IMG/VR virus record: IMGVR_UViG_3300042879_005846 | Reading direction: 5' to 3' (one strand) | Length of the DNA stretch: 64,000 bases | From: an uncultured virus (IMG/VR IMGVR_UViG_3300042879_005846) | Taxonomy: Duplodnaviria > Heunggongvirae > Uroviricota > Caudoviricetes | In this document: in pieces, positions 21,401 through 31,800 of the stretch | How the letters are laid out: each line of letters opens with the position of its first letter | How positions within the stretch are numbered: position 1 is the stretch's first letter | Notes under the pieces: model-generated | Databases searched by the model: none | What the model was told of the DNA's origin: nothing | What the model saw: only the letters and a program-made list of their open reading frames with translations | Program-made: the position numbers and the translations under genes

Positions 21401-22796
21401 GACTGCTTTCTCAGCTACAACATCAACTGATGTTTACTTAAAGTCTAATGGTTATAATCTACCAGTTTGGGCAACTGTATCTGGTGGTGGAGGTGGAAGT
21501 GGTGATGTACAAACTGGTAATAGATGGTCTGTTCCAATTTATTCAACTGAAGGAACTGGTACCACACTTGATGATGTTGTTGGCGGTGTATCAATAACAA
21601 TTGCTTCTCAGAGTGGAGCAACATTTTTAATTCCTGATTTTGGTTTATCTAATTACACTGCTGACTTTGTCATGACAGTTGGTGCACAAACCATTAGTGG
21701 TACCAAGTCTTATAACAATCCTGGTATATTTAGATCTAATGGAGCTGATTTCCCACAGATTTCAATAACTGGTTCTAATCAGAGATGGGTTGATTTTGGA
21801 AACGTTGGATTTGGAACCCCAAGTCAAACTGGTGTAAGACCTCAAGGCACTAAATTAGTGTTGAAGGATGATAGTGAAGCAAGTGTCAGAATAGGTGTAA
21901 GAGATAAAACCACAGGAGCTACTAATTCCAGACTTTGGTTACAAACTGCAAGAGATGGTAGTGTAGATTTCTATGAAGACACATTCAGAATTGCAAGATT
22001 TGATGGAGATATTAGTGTATCAGGTGCTACTATGACATTTGGATCCCAAACATCTTCCAACATATTTGATGGATACTCAGTAAATTTAAGTATATCAAAA
22101 CAAACACCAGGAGCTACTGCAATTAAATCAAATACTACTCTAATGGTTCCAGTAGTAGGTGTTGATAACCAATTCTTAGTTGAATATTGGAATCCAGGTT
22201 TTACAAGTTCATTGGTTTCTTATTCCAACCTTGTTGTAGACTCATATGGAAGTATATCAAGAGGTGGTGAAATTGAATCTCTTGGATTATTCTCATTGGC
22301 AACAGCTTCAGTTCAACAAGTTTCTGGATTAACTGGATTGTCAAGATCGACTCTTGTCACTCCATCTGGTGGAAAAACCATACCAGCTTATTGGTGGTCC
22401 GTTGGTAAAGTTGTCACTGGTAAATATATTGGTACCTTACAGAAATCAACTGGAATCAATACTGTTAGTTTGAATTTAAGATTAGGTTCTACAAACTTAG
22501 TTAGTCTTTCACCTACTACAACTACGTTTAATGGTCCAAATACTTTTGAAATTGAATTTATGATTACATGTAGGTCTGTTGGGACTAATGGTAGCTTCCA
22601 TGGGTATCTAAAATATACGGAATTCCCTGTTATTAGTGCTGGTGATTTAATCTTATTCTCAATTAATCCATTCACAGGAACTGGTGTTGGCTTAATAAAT
22701 ACAACAGTAGATAATGATTTGGATATCTTTTTGAGTCAACAAAATGCGTACATCAAATTTACAATAGAACAAGCAATAGTAGAATATAAGAACTAA
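15429..22796 (+). CDS. Giant collagen-repeat tail fibre protein
   Basis: 2455 aa with long G-X-Y tracts and internally duplicated modules. Confidence 0.75.
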   Translation: MPFEIPQGVKVLNPTSADYYYGPYEANSLDDAKAAAKAAIDPAVRYKSMKVGLIVGGKGYLYWFKDNTDDLVPFESGGTGPQGLTGPQGATGPDGAAASSSIVIEYDIPGSSFTTPHSFGTKPLVTVLNSSDNVIVPGSGQLSSINVSDTDVTLVFSGGNNKGKIILGGGLTGAQGPTGFGFQGPTGIQGYTGPQGETGAQGTTGAQGFTGAQGATGVQGFTGPQGNTGSQGFTGPQGFTGPQGFTGPQGNTGIQGFTGPQGFTGPQGFTGPQGHTGIQGFTGPQGATGADGVIATMVQTIVQWRWNGTSPVPNLSGRFSSNGSDFGSSKFFYFHKNDVNSISYASWFEQLKSFVTNGNPSYLQIYDALTASNTGLYPVIAVQQGGFTYSIETDNAIVSNGDFAANSLYNVTWVAQGSIGKTGIQGPTGPQGSTGSQGFTGPQGFTGLQGTTGFQGATGAQGDTGPQGFTGPQGFTGSQGSTGPVGATGINWRGDYSLTATYSINDVVHYQGSSYIARATASTGLLPTVAFPTAQSPTWSMFAQVGFKSGKVWQYQTTVNPTSLVSGKLHFNSLTSLNLTKMWVSGSDMSAIASNAYIESWQPGDILHWTLAASAFSNTSVLTVRLGTRTTFAGGYEFNITLLAGSPNSTTVGFQNGALVTLLHQMQGPLVIASASQGYLPIYSQNNTSFLSSTISFGFSWSTSVLLQTTPAAYLSSANPIREYRIPALYTSPFESSTSPSPVSDFVMAQGDQDIVGVKWFRYSFVDDIKMNGDGGWAGTNKTQLMNVRFGPVQLGSGASGIVSTNAYRIKKAWINATPTTGFTNDAQVRRGDIVGGPNLNSILGRLIRQSSSTRAFAKTIFTDEIDWNFYGKTFSGETTGNFSGEPTRMRGTTWNQIVGRHTSTVISNDIDPYKQNAGLSYSISDPDHIDNYVFNMHVSRMKSATNSTSVSTLLHHWLRGESGFTETSSAPLKSAFYSITQSTVLFVNPQIGGLNSITSNFATASTSIGVFTRHDVDRGYINYAYDYFASRVGNQQAAGGNPSKILHHIGFFAQSKTSVSRSTGLSLSVTQSSVLDPSGRETFDFGTTPVQWGVTYSYPYEPWSFYAESDKSNLGGGLLIDRGATFGTSLNAWLEIQSATSSRAQIRLRPSTATPSNPQSGDLWYTGDNLNFYDGTSTYDLISEQNVGQKGRLGIYPSTGTRMDDQVSWNDTGSVSVVLNTITDRDWTEETPAVGYIRHYYAGGSPGFNFGGSGTLSLWVDYPNPYTWIAASAGNPGNSVKIAAIEIANRITNYGLYTATVSSFDDLGGGLWDSATISISAPYSTLVGTKYGDRINGFTPSLLFTGNVGGQPISTAFSGGLNVPDITYTIPSNNKSQNFVMTEGGQFIKGFKRFESNQISFGPVTASSTATLETRMVATISHMSGDIIHNSVNPDSWNGYFYAALGSPILYQSLTTTPLQINNIKQFIERQNSSAQIITYVQSGVNSGAPMYHAENFRDARLPNYLVDSRVFNNSFYGGHPIINISRWSSLLSAPGLTFGSDDYLQSIGRGLTNSVTGLPGFLIAKGSSIQHHQWEDIGHLADILNFEYTENGGYISGPGGYRWGSLGTPAPGRVRSRNTVHHYHKTMTQIDMFTASTGRRYRQEKHTNFFIESVGSGRATYSFGLYYKNFGPHGNISIDYFAAKPDNFFGAQEEPSQDLRLTQSQIVGFYVQDKVNKPYYQTDPLGRDWQQNDVLVTLGGTSPYDDLNNDNLYYRPWSFFAEADKANFGGGVLIMGTNSKIVRDVTESPRYGDTPVYDDILSVYRTGLPSWLVIQEATTGKSQIRFLTGSVAPTTLVSGDMWYTGTALNFVNGGTTYDLLTSGGGGPGGIGLQGPTGPVGPASLGQLTADFFETKSKVVNHNLNDYPLVQVIDNNGGVFIPLSITHSSKNSFTIAFTATSSGKVLIGGGVTGPQGIVGPTGVQGPTGPSELSTVTGPTGSIMVRYASGWTAFSATTSTDVYLKSNGYNLPVWATVSGGGGGSGDVQTGNRWSVPIYSTEGTGTTLDDVVGGVSITIASQSGATFLIPDFGLSNYTADFVMTVGAQTISGTKSYNNPGIFRSNGADFPQISITGSNQRWVDFGNVGFGTPSQTGVRPQGTKLVLKDDSEASVRIGVRDKTTGATNSRLWLQTARDGSVDFYEDTFRIARFDGDISVSGATMTFGSQTSSNIFDGYSVNLSISKQTPGATAIKSNTTLMVPVVGVDNQFLVEYWNPGFTSSLVSYSNLVVDSYGSISRGGEIESLGLFSLATASVQQVSGLTGLSRSTLVTPSGGKTIPAYWWSVGKVVTGKYIGTLQKSTGINTVSLNLRLGSTNLVSLSPTTTTFNGPNTFEIEFMITCRSVGTNGSFHGYLKYTEFPVISAGDLILFSINPFTGTGVGLINTTVDNDLDIFLSQQNAYIKFTIEQAIVEYKN
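15940..16300 (+). repeat. Collagen-coding tandem 18-bp repeats (GPQGFT); second tract at ~16690-16895
   Basis: ggtccacaaggatttact and variants in tandem. Confidence 0.9.
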
Positions 22797-22802
22797 TAAT
22801 AT

Positions 22803-25800
22803 ATGCCAATTATAGTAAACAATAGTCCACTCAAAGCATCAGATCCTGATTTGATTCTTTGGCTTGATGAAGGTAGTGGACAATCCAATATTTGGGTAGA
22901 TAAAAGTCAATATAAAAATTCAGCTACTATAACTCAGGCCATTTTTGATGGTGGATTGATTACTGATGGTACAAGTAACAATAATCAAAGCGCACGTAAA
23001 TATGCATTAGGTACTCTTAGTGTTGTACCAACTACTGGAAACATTAATTACACAATTAGTGTTACTTTTGAAAGTTTTGGGACTCAGCCAGAAACACCAG
23101 GTGGTTATCTACAGTGGGGTAAAGGACAATGTGTTTTCTCTATACCACCTACTACACTATTGGGCCCTGGTATGCAGATTTCTTATTTCCCATTTGATTC
23201 CACTATAGGCACCAAAGGTTCAGTGTCTTTTGCAGTTAATAATACTCAATATTTTTATAGTCCTAACAATTCAATTGATTATAAACAAAAAGTCACAGCT
23301 ACTGTAACTTATAATAGAGCAACTACAAGTCTCAGGTTTTATATTAATGGTTTGGAAGTTCCAGTTACAGCAGTTAATGGTATAAGTCAGAATTTATACA
23401 CACCACCAGGAGCATGGCCGAATCAATATATTTTGGGAGGTTGGAATGTTAGTGGATATGTAAGACCATTGAATGGTAAAATATACAATGTGTCAATGTT
23501 TAAAAGAACTTTGGCACCACAAGAAGTTTATGACTTTTATGTAAATAAACCACTTTCTATAAGTACAAAAAAAGCATCAAGTGATATAATCCTGTATTTA
23601 TCTGATAGAGGTACAAGTACAGGATGGGGTGATAATAGTATTTATTCAAATGGTGCAATAATACTAGGGAATGCTACTTTTAGTGGTGGACTAGTCACAC
23701 CAGGATTAGCAACTTTGGATGGTGCTGAAGGAAGATTCACTACACTACCAGGTGAAAATTTTACTGTATCAGCTTTAGTTTGTATGTATGGACTTGGTAG
23801 CACAGGTATTAGTACAATAATAGGGACTTCGCCTAACTCCCTGGGTGCTGGCGTTACACGCGGTAGAGGGTTTATTTTCGCATTGTCTAGTGATAGACAA
23901 TTGTGGTTTTTATCAGATAATGGTGGTGGTCCACAATCTGCTGCCAACTTATTTTCTTTTGGTGAAACTTTTTTAGCTACAGTTGTAGTAACAAACCCAA
24001 ATGGTACACAATCAGTATCCTTTTACAAAAATGGTGAATTTGTGTCAAATCATCTAAACTCATTATTTCAACCAGTTACTATGACTTATAATGACCCAAC
24101 TTATAGGGTGGGTACTTGGGGATTTCCTTCATTTACAAATCAATTAAATGGTAAGGTATCCAATTTAATAGTATATAATAGACCTCTATCTGATTCAGAA
24201 GTAAAAGACCTATACCTAAGAATGCCATCAGCTTACAAGTCAAGTATTTCAACTTTAAATCAAGCACCCCATGGTGGTAAACTTTTACATATAGATGCTG
24301 GAAATCCAAAATCTTATTATTTAACTGGCACAACTGTTAATGATTTATCAGTTTATGGTAGAAATGGTACTTTTTCATCATTTGGGTCAAGTGGACTTCC
24401 AACTTTTGGTACACTGAATGGTGGTTATTTTTCCTTCAAGGATGGTTCATTTATTGGATTCAATCCAACAGGACTGCCAACTGCAGGTGAGTCTACAATA
24501 ATTGTTTGGGCTAGAGTGACTCAGCTTAATGGTTCATGGCAAACAATTTTTATATATGGTGGATCTGATGCTTTACAATCAAGATCAATAATGATAGACC
24601 CTGGTGGTGGAATTGGTGTGTTTTTAGATAAATTTAGAGGAGTCCAAACATCAAACAACTTTGTTCAATTGAATGAATGGGTACAAATAGTACAAGTAAA
24701 CAAATCAACCAATGTTTCTAACCCAACTCTAATTTTATATTTGAATGGTAGATTAATTTCCTCTGCTCAATTCTCAAGACTCACTGTTGCAACAAAAGCA
24801 AGATTGGGTAGGAATGATATTTGGCTCACACAAGACAATGTTAACACATATGAATTTCCATTTTATGGGGATGTTGGAGAATTAGTATTTTATGATAGAG
24901 CTTTAGATCCACAAGAAATATATCAAGATTATAAAGTTAAAAGAAGTAGATATGAATTACCTGAAGTTGTAAGATTACCAGGTGATGTCATACCAACTAT
25001 TCCAACTGTACAAACTCTAACAGTGAATGGTATCACAACCACAACAGCTTTATCAGGTGTTTTAGTCAACAATGATGGTTATTCTTTTATTTTTGACTCT
25101 GGTATAATTTGGAGTACATCTTCTGCAAGTTTGCAACCAGGTGCTAACCCAACAAATTTATCGACAAAAACAACTGATGGTAGTGGTTTAATGACTAATT
25201 TATCACCAAATACAACTTATTATGTTGTAGCATATGCTCAAAATTCACTCGGTATAGGATATGGGCAAATATTATCATTTACAACTACAAGTATTGTAAT
25301 TCCAATTGTTCAAAATGTAAGAGGTACAAGTTTGACTAGCACTCAAATAAGAGCTACAGCTAGCGTGGTTAGTTTAGGAAATGATGCTAATATATCACAG
25401 AGGGGATTTGCATATCATACAGCTTCATTTTCTGAAGCTACTGGTGGTATTTATCCAAGAGTTTCAGAATCAGGATCTTTTGGACTTGCTACTTATAGTT
25501 TAGACATAACTCAATTATCTGGAAATACCAATTATTGGATTAGAGCTTTTGCAACAAATACAGCAGGAACTGATTATAGTAATGATATTTTACAAATAAT
25601 TACACCTCAGATACCTACAGTAACCATTCTACTGGGTGGAATATCAACTACCTTTGATTCTTTTACTATTCCAATTGTAACAACAGGTACATCTAGAATT
25701 AGACAAGGTATAGTTTATAAGTTGACACAAGATCAACCAAATGTAGGTAATGACCTTGATGCCTCCCAATCAATAACTGATAATGGTGGTAATATAAATA

Positions 25801-28800
25801 CTTCACATTCAGTTGGATCCTTAGCATCAGCTCAAACATGGTATGTATGGGGATTTGTTGAAACAAGTGATGGTGTATACTATTTTACCAATACTTATGT
25901 GGAAGTAACCACTCAAGGTAGTCTAAGTCCTCCAGTTGTCACAATAGATATAGATAGTTTTCTTGAAAATCCAGAAAATACAGCAAATATAAATGGTTCT
26001 GTTGTTTTGACAAATGGAACTGTGACTGAACATGGATTTGTATTTGGTTCAACTCAGTTATTTGCAAGCGGAAACAATGTAACCATTGAGACCTACAGCA
26101 GTATATTATCATTATCCACTCCAATTTTTGATGGTGAAATATTTCAAGGAATACAAACCTTAGATACAGTTACTTATTATGTAAGGTCATATGCAACAAA
26201 TGAGATTGGTACTGGATACAGTGCTCCAATAACAATCACAATACTTGGTTTAAGTGGTATAGTATTACCACAAATATTTACTCGTCCTGCAGTACAAATA
26301 TCAGCTGGTGTATTTCAATTATTTGGGGATATAGTTTCCATGGGACAACTAAACCAAGTTTATTTTGGGTATGGTTTGAAAAATATTAACGATTCTACAT
26401 TTATAGAAAAAGCAGTAGATTCAACAGAATTAGACCCAACAGTTGGAACAATATATACTCTGCCCCAAGAAAAAATAAAATATTCCACAACAAACTGGCA
26501 AGATCCATTATCAGATGGTACATATCAAGTCTATGCTTATGCTAGTGCAGTTGGGAAACCAGCTATTAGAACACAGGGTAACACAGTCACATTCACTGTT
26601 GGAGCAGCATTTGCAACTGTAACTATTGATTATCCTAAAGACTTAATTGTTGATACTTCACCAATATTTAGTTTGAAGACAACTTTACTTTCAAGTCCAA
26701 CAGATGTTTTAGGCAATGGTTTTGAATGGTCAACTAGTGAATTTTTTTCTACATCAGAAGTGACTACAACCTTAACCACAAATAATAATGTAGAGTTTTC
26801 AGCTACAATACCAGGGCCAGGTAATTCAGATTTATTATCTGATACAATTTATTATGTTAGAGCTTTTGTTGATAATGTTGCTGGTAGAGCTTATAGTAAT
26901 GAAATTGCAATTTATACACCTAAAACATTCATAGTAGAAAATCCTTTTGTTAATTTAAATGTTGGCGATGTTCAATACAATGCACAATTTGACTCTAATC
27001 CAGTGCCTACTTTTATAACAGACAAGGGTCATATTTGGGCACCAAATTCACAAATAACTTTGTTCGATTTGAACAATGATATTGGATTTGAAAGATATAC
27101 TGTGACAGGTGGTGGGAATCTTGATGGATGGTCTGGAAATTTGTTCACAACTCCACAACCTGGTTCCACCTACTTCATTTTACCATTTGTTAGATTGATA
27201 AATGAATTTGGAAAAATGTATGTTTATGGGGCTCAAAAATCAGTTACTTATGAAGAAATTGGTCTACAACTTTATTTAGATGCTGGACTAGCACTGAGTT
27301 ACCCAGGTTCTGGTACCAACTGGATTGATTTAGCTCCTTATAATAGAAATGGTACCATTCAAAGTACATCAGCAGTTACATATAATTCAGCTGGACTAGC
27401 AAGCAACTTGGCCTTTGATGGCACAGTACAGAGCAGTAGTTTAGTTGTAACTGAGGGATATACTGGAGTCAGTGGAAATACAGATAGAACAGTATCAATT
27501 TGGATTAAACCAGAAAGTGTCCAAAGTGCTGAAGTACTTGGATGGGGAGTTGAGGCTAATTTACAGATGTTTGATATATTGATTTTTAATGGTCAGATTG
27601 GTATACATTTATTTGGAACTAACTTGATAAGTCCAGTTCCAGTTACTGTGGGACAATGGCAAAACTTCACATTTGTATACGATGGTCAAGAAAGGGCTGT
27701 GTTTACCTTTAAAAATGGACAATTTGGAACCAAACAAAGTATTGTATCAAGTGCTGGAATTGATACATCTAATATTAATACATTAAGAATAGGTAATGGT
27801 ATATACAGATCTGGTTTAACAACTGGTTATGGTAGTTTCCAAGGTTTGATATCTATTGTTAGAATTTGGAATCAAGTACTTAATGATGTTCAAATAAATG
27901 AAGAATATGCCAGTTTTTACACAAGATACCTCACAACCACAGTTGTTACAGGAAATGCTGCAAGTGTGAATAATAATTCATTTATTGTACAAAATAGTAC
28001 AGTAACAAGTACTTCTCAAATTTTACAAAGAGGAATCCAATACTCTTTATTTGCTGGCATGGATCCATCATCACCCGAGTATGATACACCCACAACAGGA
28101 ACATTCAATATCACACTCACAGATCTCCAGTCAGGAACAAATTACTTCTTCAGAGCATTTGCTCAAACATCCAATGGGGAGTTTTTCTATGGAGTAATTA
28201 AACAACAACAAACCACATCTACAGCTACCCCACCTACTGTTACATTGGGAACAACCCCCACAATTGGTGGTACAAATGTATCATTCGCTAACAGTAATGT
28301 AACAAGTAGTGGTTCAAGTACAGTAACAGCAAGGGGTGTAGTTTGGTCAACCTCACCAAACCCAACAGTTGCTTTATCAACAAAAACAACCAATGGAATG
28401 GGCACTGGTACTTATAATTCAGATTGTACACCTCTAACCAAAGGAGTATTATATTATTTTAGAGCATATGCTACAAATAGTGCTGGCACTGGTTATAGTA
28501 ATGAAGTATCTTATACTACATTGATAGAACCAACACTAACTACAAATGCATTTACATTTTCTAACTTTGGACAAATAACCACCACTGATGGTACTAATTG
28601 GAGAATGACTGCTTCAGCAAGTGGACTAATCACATCAAATGGTGGATCTACTATAACAAATTATGGTATAATTTATTCACAAACAAACAATCCAACTCTA
28701 ACCACCCCAGGTGTCATTACTGAGCCTGGTGTTAGTCCAATCTCAGTATTTCCATTTTCATTCTTACTGATAATGACAAATTTATCAGAGAACACCCTAT

Positions 28801-31800
28801 ACTACTATAGAGCTTATTCCACTAATGCAGTTGGTACTGGATATGGTAGTGTAATATCATTTACAACTTTAAGAAGACCTACAATAAATAGTTCGACATC
28901 TATTACACAGCTTGCTGGACCAGTGACATTGACTTCAAATGTGAGTTCAGCTGTATTTGGTAATATTGATTTATATGGAGTAGCTTATGTAGCTGGATTC
29001 AAATACGGATTATCATCAGGTGGAACCTTAACTGAAGTCATAGCTGATTCATCTTACACAAGAGCAGAGTCATTGTTAGCTCCTCCATCGAACAACTTTA
29101 CTGCTAATGTTACATTGAACACAGTTGGTGGTTGGCTAATAAGAACTTTTGTAAGAACAAGTATACAAGAGTTTCAGAGCGACCTTACTATAACAATTCA
29201 ATCAGCACCTGTTGTGGAATTGTCATCCCTAGGTGGTGGCACTCCAACCTCAGTTGATGCATCAGGTAGATTAGTAACAACTGGTGGTTTCACAATTACA
29301 GAAAGGGGATTTGTCTATTCATTAACACCAACACCAACAGTTGCTAATTTTAAAAAGTCTGAAACATTTACTGGTTTTGTTCCTGGTAATTTTGGTGGAG
29401 GTTTGCTAAATATATCCCCATTAATCACTGGTAATGCTTATTACATAAGAGCTTTTGTTAAAACAAGTACTAATGTTAATTATTATAGTTCAGATGAACT
29501 AATTTATGAAACTGGTGGTGGTTTGAGATTACACTTTGATGCTGGTAATTTGTCTAGTTATAGTGGAAGTGGTACCACAGTAAATGATTTATCTGGACTA
29601 GGAAATCATGGAACTTTAACAACATTAGCTCCAACTTGGGAACCTTCAAACTTGGGTGTATTTAGATTTAATGGTGTTCTTAATAAACTAATAAACACCA
29701 CTTATAAAGGAGTTACTGGAAGTACACCAAGAACACTTTCCTTCTGGTTTAAGCCAAATACCACAGCAGATCAAGAAATAATGGGATGGGGCACTCCTGG
29801 TATTTCTGGTCAATTATGGGATGTATTACAAGTTAATGGACCAGGTATTCACATATGGTCAAGTTCCAACATATCCCGAGTCACTATACAAGCAAATGTT
29901 TGGCAAAATGTAATATTTACATATGATTCATTCAATATTAGATCATATTTAAATGGTTCAACTACACCATCAGCAACAACACTAACAGGACTCAATACTG
30001 GTAGTGCTACAAATTTCAAAATAGGAGATGGTAATTACGTTTATAATCCATTCAATGGAGATATTTCAGTTGTAAAGATTTGGGACAAAGTATTAACACC
30101 TCCTCAGATACAGAGTGAATACAATACTATTGTCAGTAGATATAATTTACCTGGTGTGTCAACTGGAGTAACTAGTTCAATTACAACAACGTCGATAAAT
30201 ATAATTAATAATGAGGTTTTCTATGGTGGAACTTCACCAGTGACAGCAAGAGGGGTTGCTTATGTAAAATCAGTCAATCCAACAAACCCAACAATAGCAA
30301 ATTCAACAGTACAAGTTGGTTCTGGGACAGGTTCATATAATGCATCATTGACTGGACTAGATGCTGGATCAACTTATCAAATCAGAGCTTATGCTACAAA
30401 TACATCAGGTACAACTTATGGAAAGAGAATCACAGTTGGTACAAGTCTTCCATTTAGTGTTTCAAATTATGTAATTACTAATTATTTTTTCACATCATCT
30501 GGTAGTGGAACTCTAACTGGTCAGATGAAATTGAGTTTTGTTGTGACTGGTGGTGTTGGATTGGTTGCTAGAACGAATTTTGGTGGTATAGAAAATGGTA
30601 CTTCAACAACTATCACAACAAGTCCACAAACAATAACTTCTCAAATTGGTATAGACTATGCTGATACACCAGGCACACCAGAGAATAGAAGATATGATGC
30701 TATTGTTGTTTGGAATTCAGTTCCATATGTGATGGATTCTCAAGTAATAGAATGTGAAAACTTCTATCTAAACACTGGTTCTTCATACAATTCATCAACT
30801 GATGCTTTTGTTGGTTCAATAGGTTTTGAAAATAGAAGTGGTAGAACAATTACTCAAATGGGAATAGCATGGAAAAACAAAACATTATCACCAACTGGTA
30901 ATGTTTTAGATAATCCTGAACAATACACAACAACTGTAGCAACATCAGCAACTAATTTCAGCAATGGTGGAAATTATAATTTTAGTATAAGTGCTAGTAG
31001 TTTTGCTAATACTCAACAAATTACCTTCAGACCTTATTTAATAGTTGATGGATATAAAATGTATGCATTCAATGGTGAAACTACACTAACAAAAACTGCT
31101 GCTGTTGTTGTACCAACAGTGACATACACTGCACCATCAACTTTGGCAGCTACTACTGCAAATCCTGGTGGTAATGTCACTGCAGATGGTGGAGCAACTG
31201 TTACTGAAAGAGGGATAGTTTGGTCATCAACTGTAAATCCACCTACAATTGAGAGTGGAACAAAAACACAAGTAGGTTCAGGTACAGGAGCTTTCACAAG
31301 TGCCTTGACCAATTTAACACCAAATACTACTTATTATGTAAGAGCTTATGCTATAAACTCAGCAGGACCTGCTTATCATTCTACTACAGCAACAACCTTT
31401 ATAACAGTAAATATACCAGTAGTTAATTCTGGTTCTATAATAAATCCATATTCTAATCAAGCTCAAGTAAGTAATGTTACAATCACATGGACTGGCACAC
31501 AACCAATAACACAAAGAGGTGTTGTTTGGTCAACCTCAACAAACCCAACAGTTGCTTTAACAACAAAAACAACTGATGGAACAGGTACAGGAACATTCAC
31601 TACTACAATTCAAACACTAAATCAAAATACGCTCTACTATATCAGAGCTTATGTTATAAATTCTGTTGGTACCTACTATGGAAATGAAATAACATTTACA
31701 ACACCAGCTCATCCAGTGGTAGCTGGTTTAAGCTTGAGTTCAGTAGACTATATTCTTGCTACTAATGGACAACTTCAATATTATAATTTTTCAGCTGGTC

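Noticed and set aside
28341..31575. ~50-bp near-identical repeats (28341 and 31524) as a DGR template/variable pair
   Set aside because: Both are in-frame FN3 module copies, flanking mismatches are not adenine-specific, and no reverse transcriptase is in the window.
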